Below are positions 49,070-57,034 of a DNA stretch of 64,000 nucleotides, one piece after another. The DNA is from a virus. The notes under the pieces are model-generated. The model was given only the letters and a program-made list of their open reading frames with translations. It did no database searches and was not told where the DNA came from. Location of the stretch: the IMG/VR virus record IMGVR_UViG_3300008266_000002; one strand, 5' to 3'. Within the stretch, counting starts at the first letter, position 1. Every line of letters starts with the position of its first letter. Made by a program: the position numbers and the translations under genes.

Positions 49070-49077
49070 TATTTATT
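49070..49077 (+). promoter_or_regulatory. Putative late promoter (TATTTATT variant)
   Basis: Intergenic, 5 nt before ATG 49083. Confidence 0.6.
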
Positions 49078-49082
49078 ATTAA

Positions 49083-49940
49083 ATGAAGAAATCAACACAC
49101 TCAAAAATCAAGAACACAGCAATTCTTTTTGAATTGTTAACCCGCCAAGTTGCAGCGGACACGATAAAGGGTGTCGAGAAGTCTCCAGCTTTGCTCATTA
49201 TTAAGGAGTATTTTAAAGCGGATTCTATTCTCGCAAGGGAACTTGTCCTATATCAAACACTAATAAACGAAAGATACAACACATCCCAAAAAGCTGAATA
49301 CTTACTTAACACAATTGTTAAGTTGCGTAAAAAGCTCAATATCCCACAACTTAGAGATCAAAAATATAAACTCATAAGTGAAGTAAAAAAGCACTACGAT
49401 CTCAAAGATTTTTTTAAGACAAATTTATCGGAGTATAAATTATATGCTTCAATTTATCGTGTTTTTGAAGGTGTGAGTGTATCTAAAGTGTCGGAAACTG
49501 TACAAAGTCGCTTTACTATTATTGAACACCTTAATCGCAAAAGCAATAATAGACTAACTGAGAGCGCATCTAATTACTCGCAGGATTATTTAAAACAAGA
49601 TGAAGAGATAAGATTGTTAGCTTACAAACTTATGATCGATAAGTTTAATGAGAAGTATGCAAATCTATCAGATAAACAAAAGAGTATTTTAAAAGAATAT
49701 ATCAACAATATATCAAATACAAATACATTAAGAGAGTTTGTAGTAGCTGAGAGTAGATCAATTAACAACGCTATTAAAAAACACATACCCAACGTCAATG
49801 ACCAAGTAACAGCTATCAAGTTAAATGAGGTCTGTAATTTAGTTGGTAAGTTAGAAAAAATTAAAACAGTAAAAGAGGATCATGTGCTCTCGCTACTACT
49901 TTACCATGAATTGCTAAAGGAGCTAAAATATGCAAAATAA
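49083..49940 (+). CDS. Putative prohead core/assembly protein
   Basis: Helical protein between portal and protease genes. Confidence 0.5.
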   Translation: MKKSTHSKIKNTAILFELLTRQVAADTIKGVEKSPALLIIKEYFKADSILARELVLYQTLINERYNTSQKAEYLLNTIVKLRKKLNIPQLRDQKYKLISEVKKHYDLKDFFKTNLSEYKLYASIYRVFEGVSVSKVSETVQSRFTIIEHLNRKSNNRLTESASNYSQDYLKQDEEIRLLAYKLMIDKFNEKYANLSDKQKSILKEYINNISNTNTLREFVVAESRSINNAIKKHIPNVNDQVTAIKLNEVCNLVGKLEKIKTVKEDHVLSLLLYHELLKELKYAK

Positions 49941-50682
49941 AAAGCTAACAAAAAAAGAACTCGCTGAGTTAAAACTCTATGTGAGAGAGCAGTCAAAAAA
50001 GCTCAAAAATGAAGGCAGTACGACTGCTGGAGTTCCTGGCTATCAAACACCAGCTGCATTCACTGGAAAGGAAGGTGGCGAAGGAGCTGAGAGCTTTGAT
50101 TATGAGGATGATCAATTTGCGTATTCAGAGAAAGCTCCAAAAACACATAAGCATTCGATAAAGCTGCATGAAGTGAGTTATAAAGCCTTTAAGCAAGATA
50201 ATACAGTAAACGAGATACAAAAAGTTAATAAAAAGATTCTTGAGGTAAACAAAATGCTTCGTGAAATCTCAAGATCATTAGATCATAGCATAAAATTAAA
50301 ACAAGAATCGGCTTTAGATAATTCGGTATACTGGAAACGTACAAACGAGGCTATTTTAAAAATAAACAATAGATTGGCAGAAGTTAGTAAAAAAGCACGT
50401 AAACTTGCAAACCTAAAAGAACTTGCTGCATCAAGTGTGAAAGCTAAATTAGAGCAACTTTTCAAAAAAGCTGGAATACAAGTAACGCCACAGGACATAG
50501 AATACAATCAAGTGGGTACTGAGCATTATGAGTTTGACGTTTATCTAAACGGAGAGCCATACGCTATAGACTATCAAAATGGTGACCTTACGTTTCAGGA
50601 TTATGATCAAGAGGTGGTTTTAGGTAATTTTAATCAGGAAGCTGATCTAATCAAAAACATAGCACAAACTTTTAAACAATGA
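49930..50682 (+). CDS. Putative prohead core/internal protein
   Basis: Between portal and protease; LKLYVREQSKKLKNE motif, LHE and LKE sites. Confidence 0.5.
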   Translation: MQNKKLTKKELAELKLYVREQSKKLKNEGSTTAGVPGYQTPAAFTGKEGGEGAESFDYEDDQFAYSEKAPKTHKHSIKLHEVSYKAFKQDNTVNEIQKVNKKILEVNKMLREISRSLDHSIKLKQESALDNSVYWKRTNEAILKINNRLAEVSKKARKLANLKELAASSVKAKLEQLFKKAGIQVTPQDIEYNQVGTEHYEFDVYLNGEPYAIDYQNGDLTFQDYDQEVVLGNFNQEADLIKNIAQTFKQ

Positions 50683-51296
50683 ATAAGCAAGTAATAGTTG
50701 ACTACATTGGCTCAATCCAATTCACACCTGAGCAAATTAATGAATCTATCTCAACAAATGGTGGTAAGTTGATTGTTAGTGGAATTATGCAAAGAGGTAG
50801 TACTGGGAATGAAAAAAACTTTAACCAAAATGGAAGAAGTTATCCACTACCAATTCTTAGACGTGAGGCGGATAAATATAAAAAAGTTTTTGTAGCTGAA
50901 CGTAGAGCATTAGGTGAGTTAGATCACCCAGAATCTTCAGTAGTAAATTTATCTAACGTGTCCCACAATATTGTTGATCTTTGGTGGGATGGTACTGACC
51001 TAATGGGTAAGATTGAAATACTAGCAACGCCTTCAGGAAACATTGCCAAAGAGCTTTTGAGAGCTGGTATTCGTTTAGGTATTAGTTCTAGAGGTATGGG
51101 ATCTGTGAGAGAGTTAGGAGAAGGAAAGGTTGAAGTGCAAGATGATTTTGAAATCGTATGTTGGGACTTAGTGTCAAATCCATCAACACAAGGTGCTTTT
51201 ATGGATAACTTAAATGAGTCTAAGCAAGGATTGATAGTTAATAGTAGATACACAAGAGTGAATGCCCTTATTAATGATATAATTTCAATAATGTAA
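50679..51296 (+). CDS. gp21: Prohead protease (T4 gp21-like)
   Basis: NQNGRSY, ALGELDHP, VSH, GISSRGMGS, WDLVSNPST. Confidence 0.93.
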   Translation: MNKQVIVDYIGSIQFTPEQINESISTNGGKLIVSGIMQRGSTGNEKNFNQNGRSYPLPILRREADKYKKVFVAERRALGELDHPESSVVNLSNVSHNIVDLWWDGTDLMGKIEILATPSGNIAKELLRAGIRLGISSRGMGSVRELGEGKVEVQDDFEIVCWDLVSNPSTQGAFMDNLNESKQGLIVNSRYTRVNALINDIISIM

Positions 51297-51297
51297 T

Positions 51298-51657
51298 ATG
51301 AAACTTAAAAGAATAAAAGAAAGCATTGATCAAAAAGCAAACTTAAACGAAAAGGCTGCTTTTCTTCAAGAGGTATCTAAGTTTAATGAGTATGGAAATC
51401 AAATCTATCGTACAGAGAATCTACGTGAAGCTGCTAAAGCAATCAGTCAGATTGTAGAGAATGCGGAAAGAATAGCTCTACAAGAAACTGAAGAATGGTT
51501 TGATGAAATCACAGTAAAGCGTAACATGAAGACGTTAAAGTCCAATAATGAAGCTTTTATGAAAACTGTGAAAGAAGTTACTAAATTACAACAAAGATTA
51601 GAATCACTTTACGAAGAAATGGGACATACCTTATCTCGCTACTATGAAATCAAATAA
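51298..51657 (+). CDS. Coiled-coil head-module protein (MKLKRIKE leader)
   Basis: Between protease and scaffold; I-K-E and L-N-E sites. Confidence 0.6.
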   Translation: MKLKRIKESIDQKANLNEKAAFLQEVSKFNEYGNQIYRTENLREAAKAISQIVENAERIALQETEEWFDEITVKRNMKTLKSNNEAFMKTVKEVTKLQQRLESLYEEMGHTLSRYYEIK

Positions 51658-52090
51658 GACACTCTTAAAAGAATATATTCGCAAAATCGTAGGCAAATAT
51701 CTTCGTGAAGCTGAAGAAGAAAAGGCTGATGATGCAGGTGGAGAAGAGAAAGCTGATACAAATCCGTTTGCAGCTGGTGGGGCTGAGGAAGGTGATGACA
51801 AAGCTGCTGAGGAGGAAGGAGATGCAGCTGCAGAAGATGAGGGTGCTGAGAGTGAAGAAAAGGACACAGAAAAAAAAGCTAAACCAGAGGAGCCAAAAGG
51901 AATACCAATTAAATTTGATATAAGTGGTGTAAAAAAATACAACAAAGCTGGGTTTACAAGTGATAAGGGAATAGTTAAAAGCATAAGTAAGAAGGGGATT
52001 ATAGTAACAACTCAACCAGATGGAGTTGATATATTAGTAAACTTTGATGATATTACAGAACAAGCTACTAAATTTTTTAAAAGAAAATGA
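51644..52090 (+). CDS. Acidic head-module protein
   Basis: LKEYIRKIVGKYLRE leader, Glu/Ala/Asp-rich linker, small C-terminal beta domain. Confidence 0.6.
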   Translation: MKSNKTLLKEYIRKIVGKYLREAEEEKADDAGGEEKADTNPFAAGGAEEGDDKAAEEEGDAAAEDEGAESEEKDTEKKAKPEEPKGIPIKFDISGVKKYNKAGFTSDKGIVKSISKKGIIVTTQPDGVDILVNFDDITEQATKFFKRK

Positions 52091-52869
52091 GAAGAAGAGA
52101 TACAATATTGCTTAGCGAGATTGCTAAAAAAGTAATTACTACGAAAAAGAGTAGAAGGTTATTTGAGAATGTGCAGGGATTAGCTTCAAATGTTCAGAAC
52201 AAAGTAATGGAACTTGGTAAAGAGGTAAAAGCTGCTGGTGAAGATATTACAGACGAAGAAGTGCAAGCAGCAATGCTTATGGCAGCATTAGAGGATAATG
52301 GAAACTTAGATAAAGTTGATGCACAAGATGTAGAAACCATTGCACAACAAATTAAAGAAGCTCGTGGATATAGATTAAAAGAAGCTGGAGGAGGAGGATT
52401 ATTGCAGACTGTTGAGCTAGTAGGTGCTGCATTGGGTAACGTAGCATTACTTAATGTGATAGCAAGCACAATGAAAGAGTTAACTGGAAAGGAAATCAAT
52501 CCAGACCAAATATCTCAAAAAATAAACAAGGCAATGGGTCCGTTAAAGAAACTAACTGGATTACCTGCAAAAGCAATGGAGAAGTTTTTTGAGTTTGTTA
52601 CAAAAAAACTAGGTGGTGGAAAAGCTTCACAAAAAATAGCTGGATACAGCGGTACAATCGTTATTGTTACAATCTTATTAGCTCTAGGATTATTATTCTT
52701 CCCAGTACTAGGTGCATCACCACTAATGGTATTTTTATCTTTAACTGGAGTGATTGGAAAGGGCTTTGAGTTAGCAACTTTATGGAAGCATTTAATTGAG
52801 GCAATCAAAGATTACAAACAGGAAGGTGGTGAAGGTGCTGAAACACTTCCAAACCTACAACCAGCGTAA
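52087..52869 (+). CDS. Head-module protein with C-terminal hydrophobic hairpin
   Basis: LSE/LFE/IKE/LKE sites; GTIVIVTILLALGLLFFPVLGASPLMVFLSLTGVIG. Confidence 0.6.
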   Translation: MRRRDTILLSEIAKKVITTKKSRRLFENVQGLASNVQNKVMELGKEVKAAGEDITDEEVQAAMLMAALEDNGNLDKVDAQDVETIAQQIKEARGYRLKEAGGGGLLQTVELVGAALGNVALLNVIASTMKELTGKEINPDQISQKINKAMGPLKKLTGLPAKAMEKFFEFVTKKLGGGKASQKIAGYSGTIVIVTILLALGLLFFPVLGASPLMVFLSLTGVIGKGFELATLWKHLIEAIKDYKQEGGEGAETLPNLQPA

Positions 52870-52900
52870 ATTAACAAAAATTTAAAACTTTTTTATACTT

Positions 52901-52924
52901 AACCCGTCCTAAAAAACGGGTTTT
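52901..52924 (+). terminator. Probable intrinsic terminator
   Basis: AACCCGT-CCTAAAAA-ACGGGTT then TT; short U-tract. Confidence 0.6.
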
Positions 52925-52938
52925 GGTATTTGATGTAA

Positions 52939-53043
52939 TATGTATAACTAAATACACTATCCAACCTATTATAGTGTCCGTAAATATTTTAAATATTATA
53001 GCTCCCTAATAGCTGTAGGACGTTCAAAAATAAGGAAAACAAA
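52939..53043 (+). promoter_or_regulatory. Late motif variant TATGTATA plus structured ~100-nt leader of the scaffold-capsid operon
   Basis: Hairpins ACACTAT/ATAGTGT (52954-52977), AATATT/AATATT (52983-52997), TATAGCT/AGCTGTA (52997-53017); TAAGGA 7 nt before ATG. Confidence 0.5.
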
Positions 53044-54003
53044 ATGAACAAATTACTTAAAGATGCAATCGCAGATGCAAAGGCAGTGCGTGAAACCGCT
53101 CTAGCAAATGCAAAAGCAGCTCTTGAAGAGGCGTTCGCTCCAAAACTACAATCCATGCTTTCCCACAAAATTAAGGAAGAAATGGAAGGTGACGAAGAGG
53201 AAGTTGAAACGACTCCAGAAGAGCCAACCGATGAGGTTAAAAAGATGAAGAAAATGGCTGGCGTAATGTCTGAAGAAGATGAAGACGACGACATGGGTTC
53301 TGAAGAAGATTACTCAGATGAGGACATGGGTTCAGAGGAAGATTATTCTGATGAAGACATGGGTTCTGATGAGGATTATTCTGACGAAGAAGAGGTTTCT
53401 GATGAAGATCTTGAAGAAATTCTAAGAGAACTTGAAGGCGAAGAAATGGACACAGATGAGTCTGAAGATCCTGAAATGTACGACATTATGGAAATGGAAG
53501 ACGAAGATGAAGATGAGGACCTGATGGAAATGGAAGACGAAGATGAGGAAGAAGTTGACATCAACGAAATCATCAAAGCTCTAAGAGAAGAAGAAGGTGA
53601 AGATGAAGATTCATCTGAAGCTGAAGAAAGAGCTGAGAAAGCTGAAGAAGAACTTGAAGAAGCTTACAAAGTTGTTAAATTCTTACGTTCCAAATTGAAT
53701 GAAGTAAACTTACTTAACGCTAAACTTTTGTTTGTAAACAAATTGTTCAGAAAAGGTCAGCTTACTGAAACTCAAAAAGTTAAGATCATTGAAACTTTCG
53801 ATCGTGCTAAAAATGTACGTGAAGCTAAATTGATCTATGCTACATTATCTGAATCAGTTAACAAAACTGCTTCTAAACCAGTTGCTAAAAAAACAAAAAT
53901 GATGGAAGGTTTTGCTTCCGCTCCACAGAAGAAAACTCAAATCATTTCTGAAAGTAACAATGTATTCAATCGTTTCAAAACCCTTGTGGATTATAACAAA
54001 TAA
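53044..54003 (+). CDS. Prohead scaffolding protein (gp22 position)
   Basis: Very acidic, coiled-coil ends, many [LIM]-x-E sites, directly upstream of the capsid gene. Confidence 0.8.
   Translation: MNKLLKDAIADAKAVRETALANAKAALEEAFAPKLQSMLSHKIKEEMEGDEEEVETTPEEPTDEVKKMKKMAGVMSEEDEDDDMGSEEDYSDEDMGSEEDYSDEDMGSDEDYSDEEEVSDEDLEEILRELEGEEMDTDESEDPEMYDIMEMEDEDEDEDLMEMEDEDEEEVDINEIIKALREEEGEDEDSSEAEERAEKAEEELEEAYKVVKFLRSKLNEVNLLNAKLLFVNKLFRKGQLTETQKVKIIETFDRAKNVREAKLIYATLSESVNKTASKPVAKKTKMMEGFASAPQKKTQIISESNNVFNRFKTLVDYNK
53290..53388 (+). repeat. 3 x 33-nt coding tandem repeat (DMGS[E/D]EDYSDE)
   Basis: Units start at 53290, 53323, 53356; also a 23-nt exact repeat at 53488-53510 and 53524-53546 (MEMEDEDE). 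Confidence 0.9.
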
Positions 54004-54029
54004 TTAAAAAACAAAAAAACCTTTAGAAA

Positions 54030-55652
54030 ATGAACTTATTCGAAAACATCAAGGAGACCAACAGGGGTGCGGAAGTAAGACCTCTGATTAACAAATGGTC
54101 TAAAACTGGTCTTTTGGAAGGTCTTAAAGGCAACAATGAAAAATCAACTGTTGCTATCCTTCTTGAAAACCAAGCAAAACAATTACTAAAAGAGGGATCT
54201 GTATCTTCTGCAGGTACTGGCGCAGCTGGATACGAGCAGTATCACGGTGTAGCTCTTCCTCTTGTACGCAGGATCTTTGCTGAGATCGCAGCTAAAGAAT
54301 TCGTTTCTGTACAACCAATGAACCTTCCTTCTGGTCTAGTATTCTACTTAGACTTCAAGTATGGTACAAACAAACAACCATTTGGTTATTCTCCAACTGG
54401 TAGAAACCAGGTAGGTACTCTTCAAGGGATAACTACTGGAAGTGGTTCTCCTAAAGACGGTCTTTATGGTGCTGGTAGATTTGGTTACTCTATGAACCTC
54501 GTTGCTACTGGTAGCCAAACATTCACAACCGGTTCTGCAACTGCAGCATCTGTAAACTATGATGGCGACTTCACTGGTTCCCTTTCAAACTACAGAACGC
54601 TTACAATTTCTAACTTCTTCGTGAACGCTGGTGCAAATGCCGATCCATATGCAGTGCGTTCTTTTATTCCACAATCAGCTTCTTTTGCATTAACAGCGGG
54701 TACAGACTACTTCCCAGCGTTCACACAAAAATCAGGCAACGACCTTATTTTCTTAGTATCGGCTTCAGCTGCAGGTTCTGGTTCAACAATGGCGAGCTCC
54801 GCTGTAAGTTTCTCAATTCAACCAACTAATGATGGTCGTTCAGATTTTGAAAGCACTGGAGTAACAGCAAACAACCGTTCACTTGATACAAACCTTAACA
54901 TCCCTGAAATTGAATTACAAATGCGTTCAATTCCAGTAACTGCTAAGACTCGTAAGTTGAAAGCAAGCTGGACACCTGAATTTGCACAAGACCTTAACGC
55001 ATACCACTCTGTAGATGCTGAGGCAGAATTAACAGCTATGTTGTCTGAGTATGTTTCAATGGAAATTGACCTTGAAATTTTAGACATGCTGATTTCTGCA
55101 GCTGACACTACTGAATACTGGTCTGCAAAGGTTGGTCAAGAGTGGAATCCTGGTACAAGTACGTTTGTTGCTTCTCAGTTCACTGGTCAAGCATACATCC
55201 AAGGTACGTGGTTTGCAACTCTTGGTACTAAGCTTCAAAAAGTGAGTAACCAAATCCATGCCAAGACTCTTAGAGGTGGTGCTAACTTCTTAGTATGTTC
55301 TCCAACAGTTTCTACAATCCTTGAGTCAATCCCAGGATATGCAGCTGACGGTGATGGTACTAAGATGAAATATGCAATGGGTGTACAAAAAGTAGGTGCT
55401 ATGACTAGCCGCTACGAAGTATACAAAAACCCTTACATGCAAGAAAACACAGTATTAATGGGATTCCGTGGTAACCAATTCCTTGAGACAGGTGCGGTTT
55501 ATGCTCCATATATTCCATTGATGCTTACTCCTCTTGTATACGATCCTAACAACTTCATTCCAAGACGTGGTGTAATGACCCGTTACGCGAAAGTTGTAAC
55601 TCGTCCTGAGTTCTACGGTAAAGTATACGTAGGTGATTTAGGTGTAGTGTAA
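54030..55652 (+). CDS. gp23: Major capsid protein (T4 gp23-like)
   Basis: LLENQ, LVRR, VQPM..PSGLVF, VTAKTRKLKASWT.E.AQDL.A.H..DAE.EL, YAPYIPL, GVMTRY. Confidence 0.96.
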   Translation: MNLFENIKETNRGAEVRPLINKWSKTGLLEGLKGNNEKSTVAILLENQAKQLLKEGSVSSAGTGAAGYEQYHGVALPLVRRIFAEIAAKEFVSVQPMNLPSGLVFYLDFKYGTNKQPFGYSPTGRNQVGTLQGITTGSGSPKDGLYGAGRFGYSMNLVATGSQTFTTGSATAASVNYDGDFTGSLSNYRTLTISNFFVNAGANADPYAVRSFIPQSASFALTAGTDYFPAFTQKSGNDLIFLVSASAAGSGSTMASSAVSFSIQPTNDGRSDFESTGVTANNRSLDTNLNIPEIELQMRSIPVTAKTRKLKASWTPEFAQDLNAYHSVDAEAELTAMLSEYVSMEIDLEILDMLISAADTTEYWSAKVGQEWNPGTSTFVASQFTGQAYIQGTWFATLGTKLQKVSNQIHAKTLRGGANFLVCSPTVSTILESIPGYAADGDGTKMKYAMGVQKVGAMTSRYEVYKNPYMQENTVLMGFRGNQFLETGAVYAPYIPLMLTPLVYDPNNFIPRRGVMTRYAKVVTRPEFYGKVYVGDLGVV

Positions 55653-55671
55653 TTTGAATAAACACTAAATC

Positions 55672-55704
55672 AAAGGCCCTCCTCTCTGAGGGGGGTTTTT
55701 TTTT
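55672..55704 (+). terminator. Intrinsic terminator after capsid gene
   Basis: GGCCCTCCTC-TCT-GAGGGGGGTT stem and long T-tract. Confidence 0.85.
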
Positions 55705-55737
55705 AATATCTGTTGCAAGTTTAAAATAATAGTCGGA

Positions 55738-55745
55738 TATTTATA
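55738..55745 (+). promoter_or_regulatory. Putative late promoter TATTTATA
   Basis: After terminator, 21 nt before ATG 55767. Confidence 0.7.
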
Positions 55746-55766
55746 TAAAATTAAAATTCATAAAAA

Positions 55767-56198
55767 ATGAAAAGTAACGAATTAAGAAAATTAATCAGAC
55801 AAGAAGTAAAATCCTTATTAAAGGAAGAGATTACTCCACAGTCATCTCCACAAGAAATATTGGATTATGCTAACGATATGAAAGCAAAAATAGCAGCGAA
55901 GATTGATGCTGCTGTCAAGACACTCAAATTGCAAGTAAAGGCCAAAAAAGAGGATTGGTTTGCCGGAAGTCCTAAGACATTAACTATTAACGGACAAAAA
56001 GTGCAAACTATGCCAGGAGAGGAATTGCAACTACATAGAGTAGGAGGGGTGGGTCAACTAAAACAGTTAATGAAGACATACAAAGTCTTTCCAGAGTATG
56101 TAAATCGAATACTCATAGCCATGTCAGAGGGTGATCAGGAAAACGTAGAATACTTCTACGACATGTTGATGAACGCAATGAAGCGAGTGGGACTCTAA
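55767..56198 (+). CDS. Stand-alone probable internal head protein (LRKLIRQEVKSLLKEE leader)
   Basis: Own late motif and terminator; shared leader motif. Confidence 0.6.
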   Translation: MKSNELRKLIRQEVKSLLKEEITPQSSPQEILDYANDMKAKIAAKIDAAVKTLKLQVKAKKEDWFAGSPKTLTINGQKVQTMPGEELQLHRVGGVGQLKQLMKTYKVFPEYVNRILIAMSEGDQENVEYFYDMLMNAMKRVGL

Positions 56199-56230
56199 CA
56201 CAAAAACAAAAAAGCTGGCTTTTAAAATTT

Positions 56231-56260
56231 AAACCCTCCTTAGTGAGGGTTTTTCTTTTT
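56231..56260 (+). terminator. Intrinsic terminator
   Basis: AAACCCTC-CTTAGT-GAGGGTTT followed by TTCTTTTT. Confidence 0.85.
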
Positions 56261-56266
56261 AGACTC

Positions 56267-56274
56267 TATTTATA
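56267..56274 (+). promoter_or_regulatory. Putative late promoter TATTTATA
   Basis: After terminator, 23 nt before phoH ATG. Confidence 0.7.
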
Positions 56275-56297
56275 GGAAACAAACCAGTTATTAGTTT

Positions 56298-56981
56298 ATG
56301 GACCAACCTCAACGAGTAAGTAATCTCGAAAAAAGAAAACCCAAAGCTCCTATCAAGTATAAGATTGATCTTAATGAAGAGCAAAAAATTGCAAAAGCAA
56401 CAATCTACAACAATCCGGTAGTATTATTGAAAGGAATGGCTGGGAGTGGTAAAACATTAGTAGCTTGTCAAACAGCTCTCGATATGTTTCATAAGAGGGA
56501 GATTGAAAAAATTATTATCACACGACCTACAGTAGCAAAAGAGGATATTGGATTTTTACCAGGCGACTTAAAAGAAAAAATGGATCCATGGTTGGCACCA
56601 ATTTATGCTAACCTATATATGCTCTATAATAAACAATCCATAGATAAACTGGTTGAAGATGGATTGATAGAGATTGTTCCTTTTGCCTTTATGAGAGGTC
56701 GTACGTTTCCAAACATGTTTGTGTTAGTGGATGAGTGTCAAAATATCACACATGGTCAAACAGAAATGATGATTGGTCGTTTAGGTAAGGGTGGCAAGAT
56801 GGTATTCTGTGGAGATTTAGCCCAAATAGATCTCAAGAATAAGAAAGACTCAGGTATTGGTTTTTTTGTGAGATTAGAGGAGCAGGTGAAGGGTGTGAAG
56901 ATAGTATCACTAAAAACAAACCATAGACATGAGATCGTCGAAGAGGTTCTAAAAGTATATTCGGACTACAGAGACCTCTAA
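56298..56981 (+). CDS. phoH: PhoH-family ATPase
   Basis: GMAGSGKT, TRP, GFLPGDLKEK, MRGRTF, DECQN, GRLGKG, GDLAQID, HRH. Confidence 0.95.
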   Translation: MDQPQRVSNLEKRKPKAPIKYKIDLNEEQKIAKATIYNNPVVLLKGMAGSGKTLVACQTALDMFHKREIEKIIITRPTVAKEDIGFLPGDLKEKMDPWLAPIYANLYMLYNKQSIDKLVEDGLIEIVPFAFMRGRTFPNMFVLVDECQNITHGQTEMMIGRLGKGGKMVFCGDLAQIDLKNKKDSGIGFFVRLEEQVKGVKIVSLKTNHRHEIVEEVLKVYSDYRDL

Positions 56982-57006
56982 TTGAATTTTAATTGGTAAA
57001 GCCTAC

Positions 57007-57014
57007 TATTTATA
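57007..57014 (+). promoter_or_regulatory. Putative late promoter TATTTATA
   Basis: Intergenic, 20 nt before ATG 57035. Confidence 0.7.
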
Positions 57015-57034
57015 TGTAAACAACTACGTAGAAT

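Noticed and set aside
52870-53043. tRNA or known ncRNA in the intergenic gaps
   Set aside because: No cloverleaf or T-loop consensus; gaps are short and explained by terminators, promoters and a leader.
53290-53388. 33-nt repeats as a CRISPR array
   Set aside because: No spacers; in-frame coding repeat differing mostly at synonymous sites.
45608-55652. Introns or inteins in terminase, portal or capsid genes
   Set aside because: Lengths are normal, motifs are contiguous, and no splice-junction or homing endonuclease motifs were seen.
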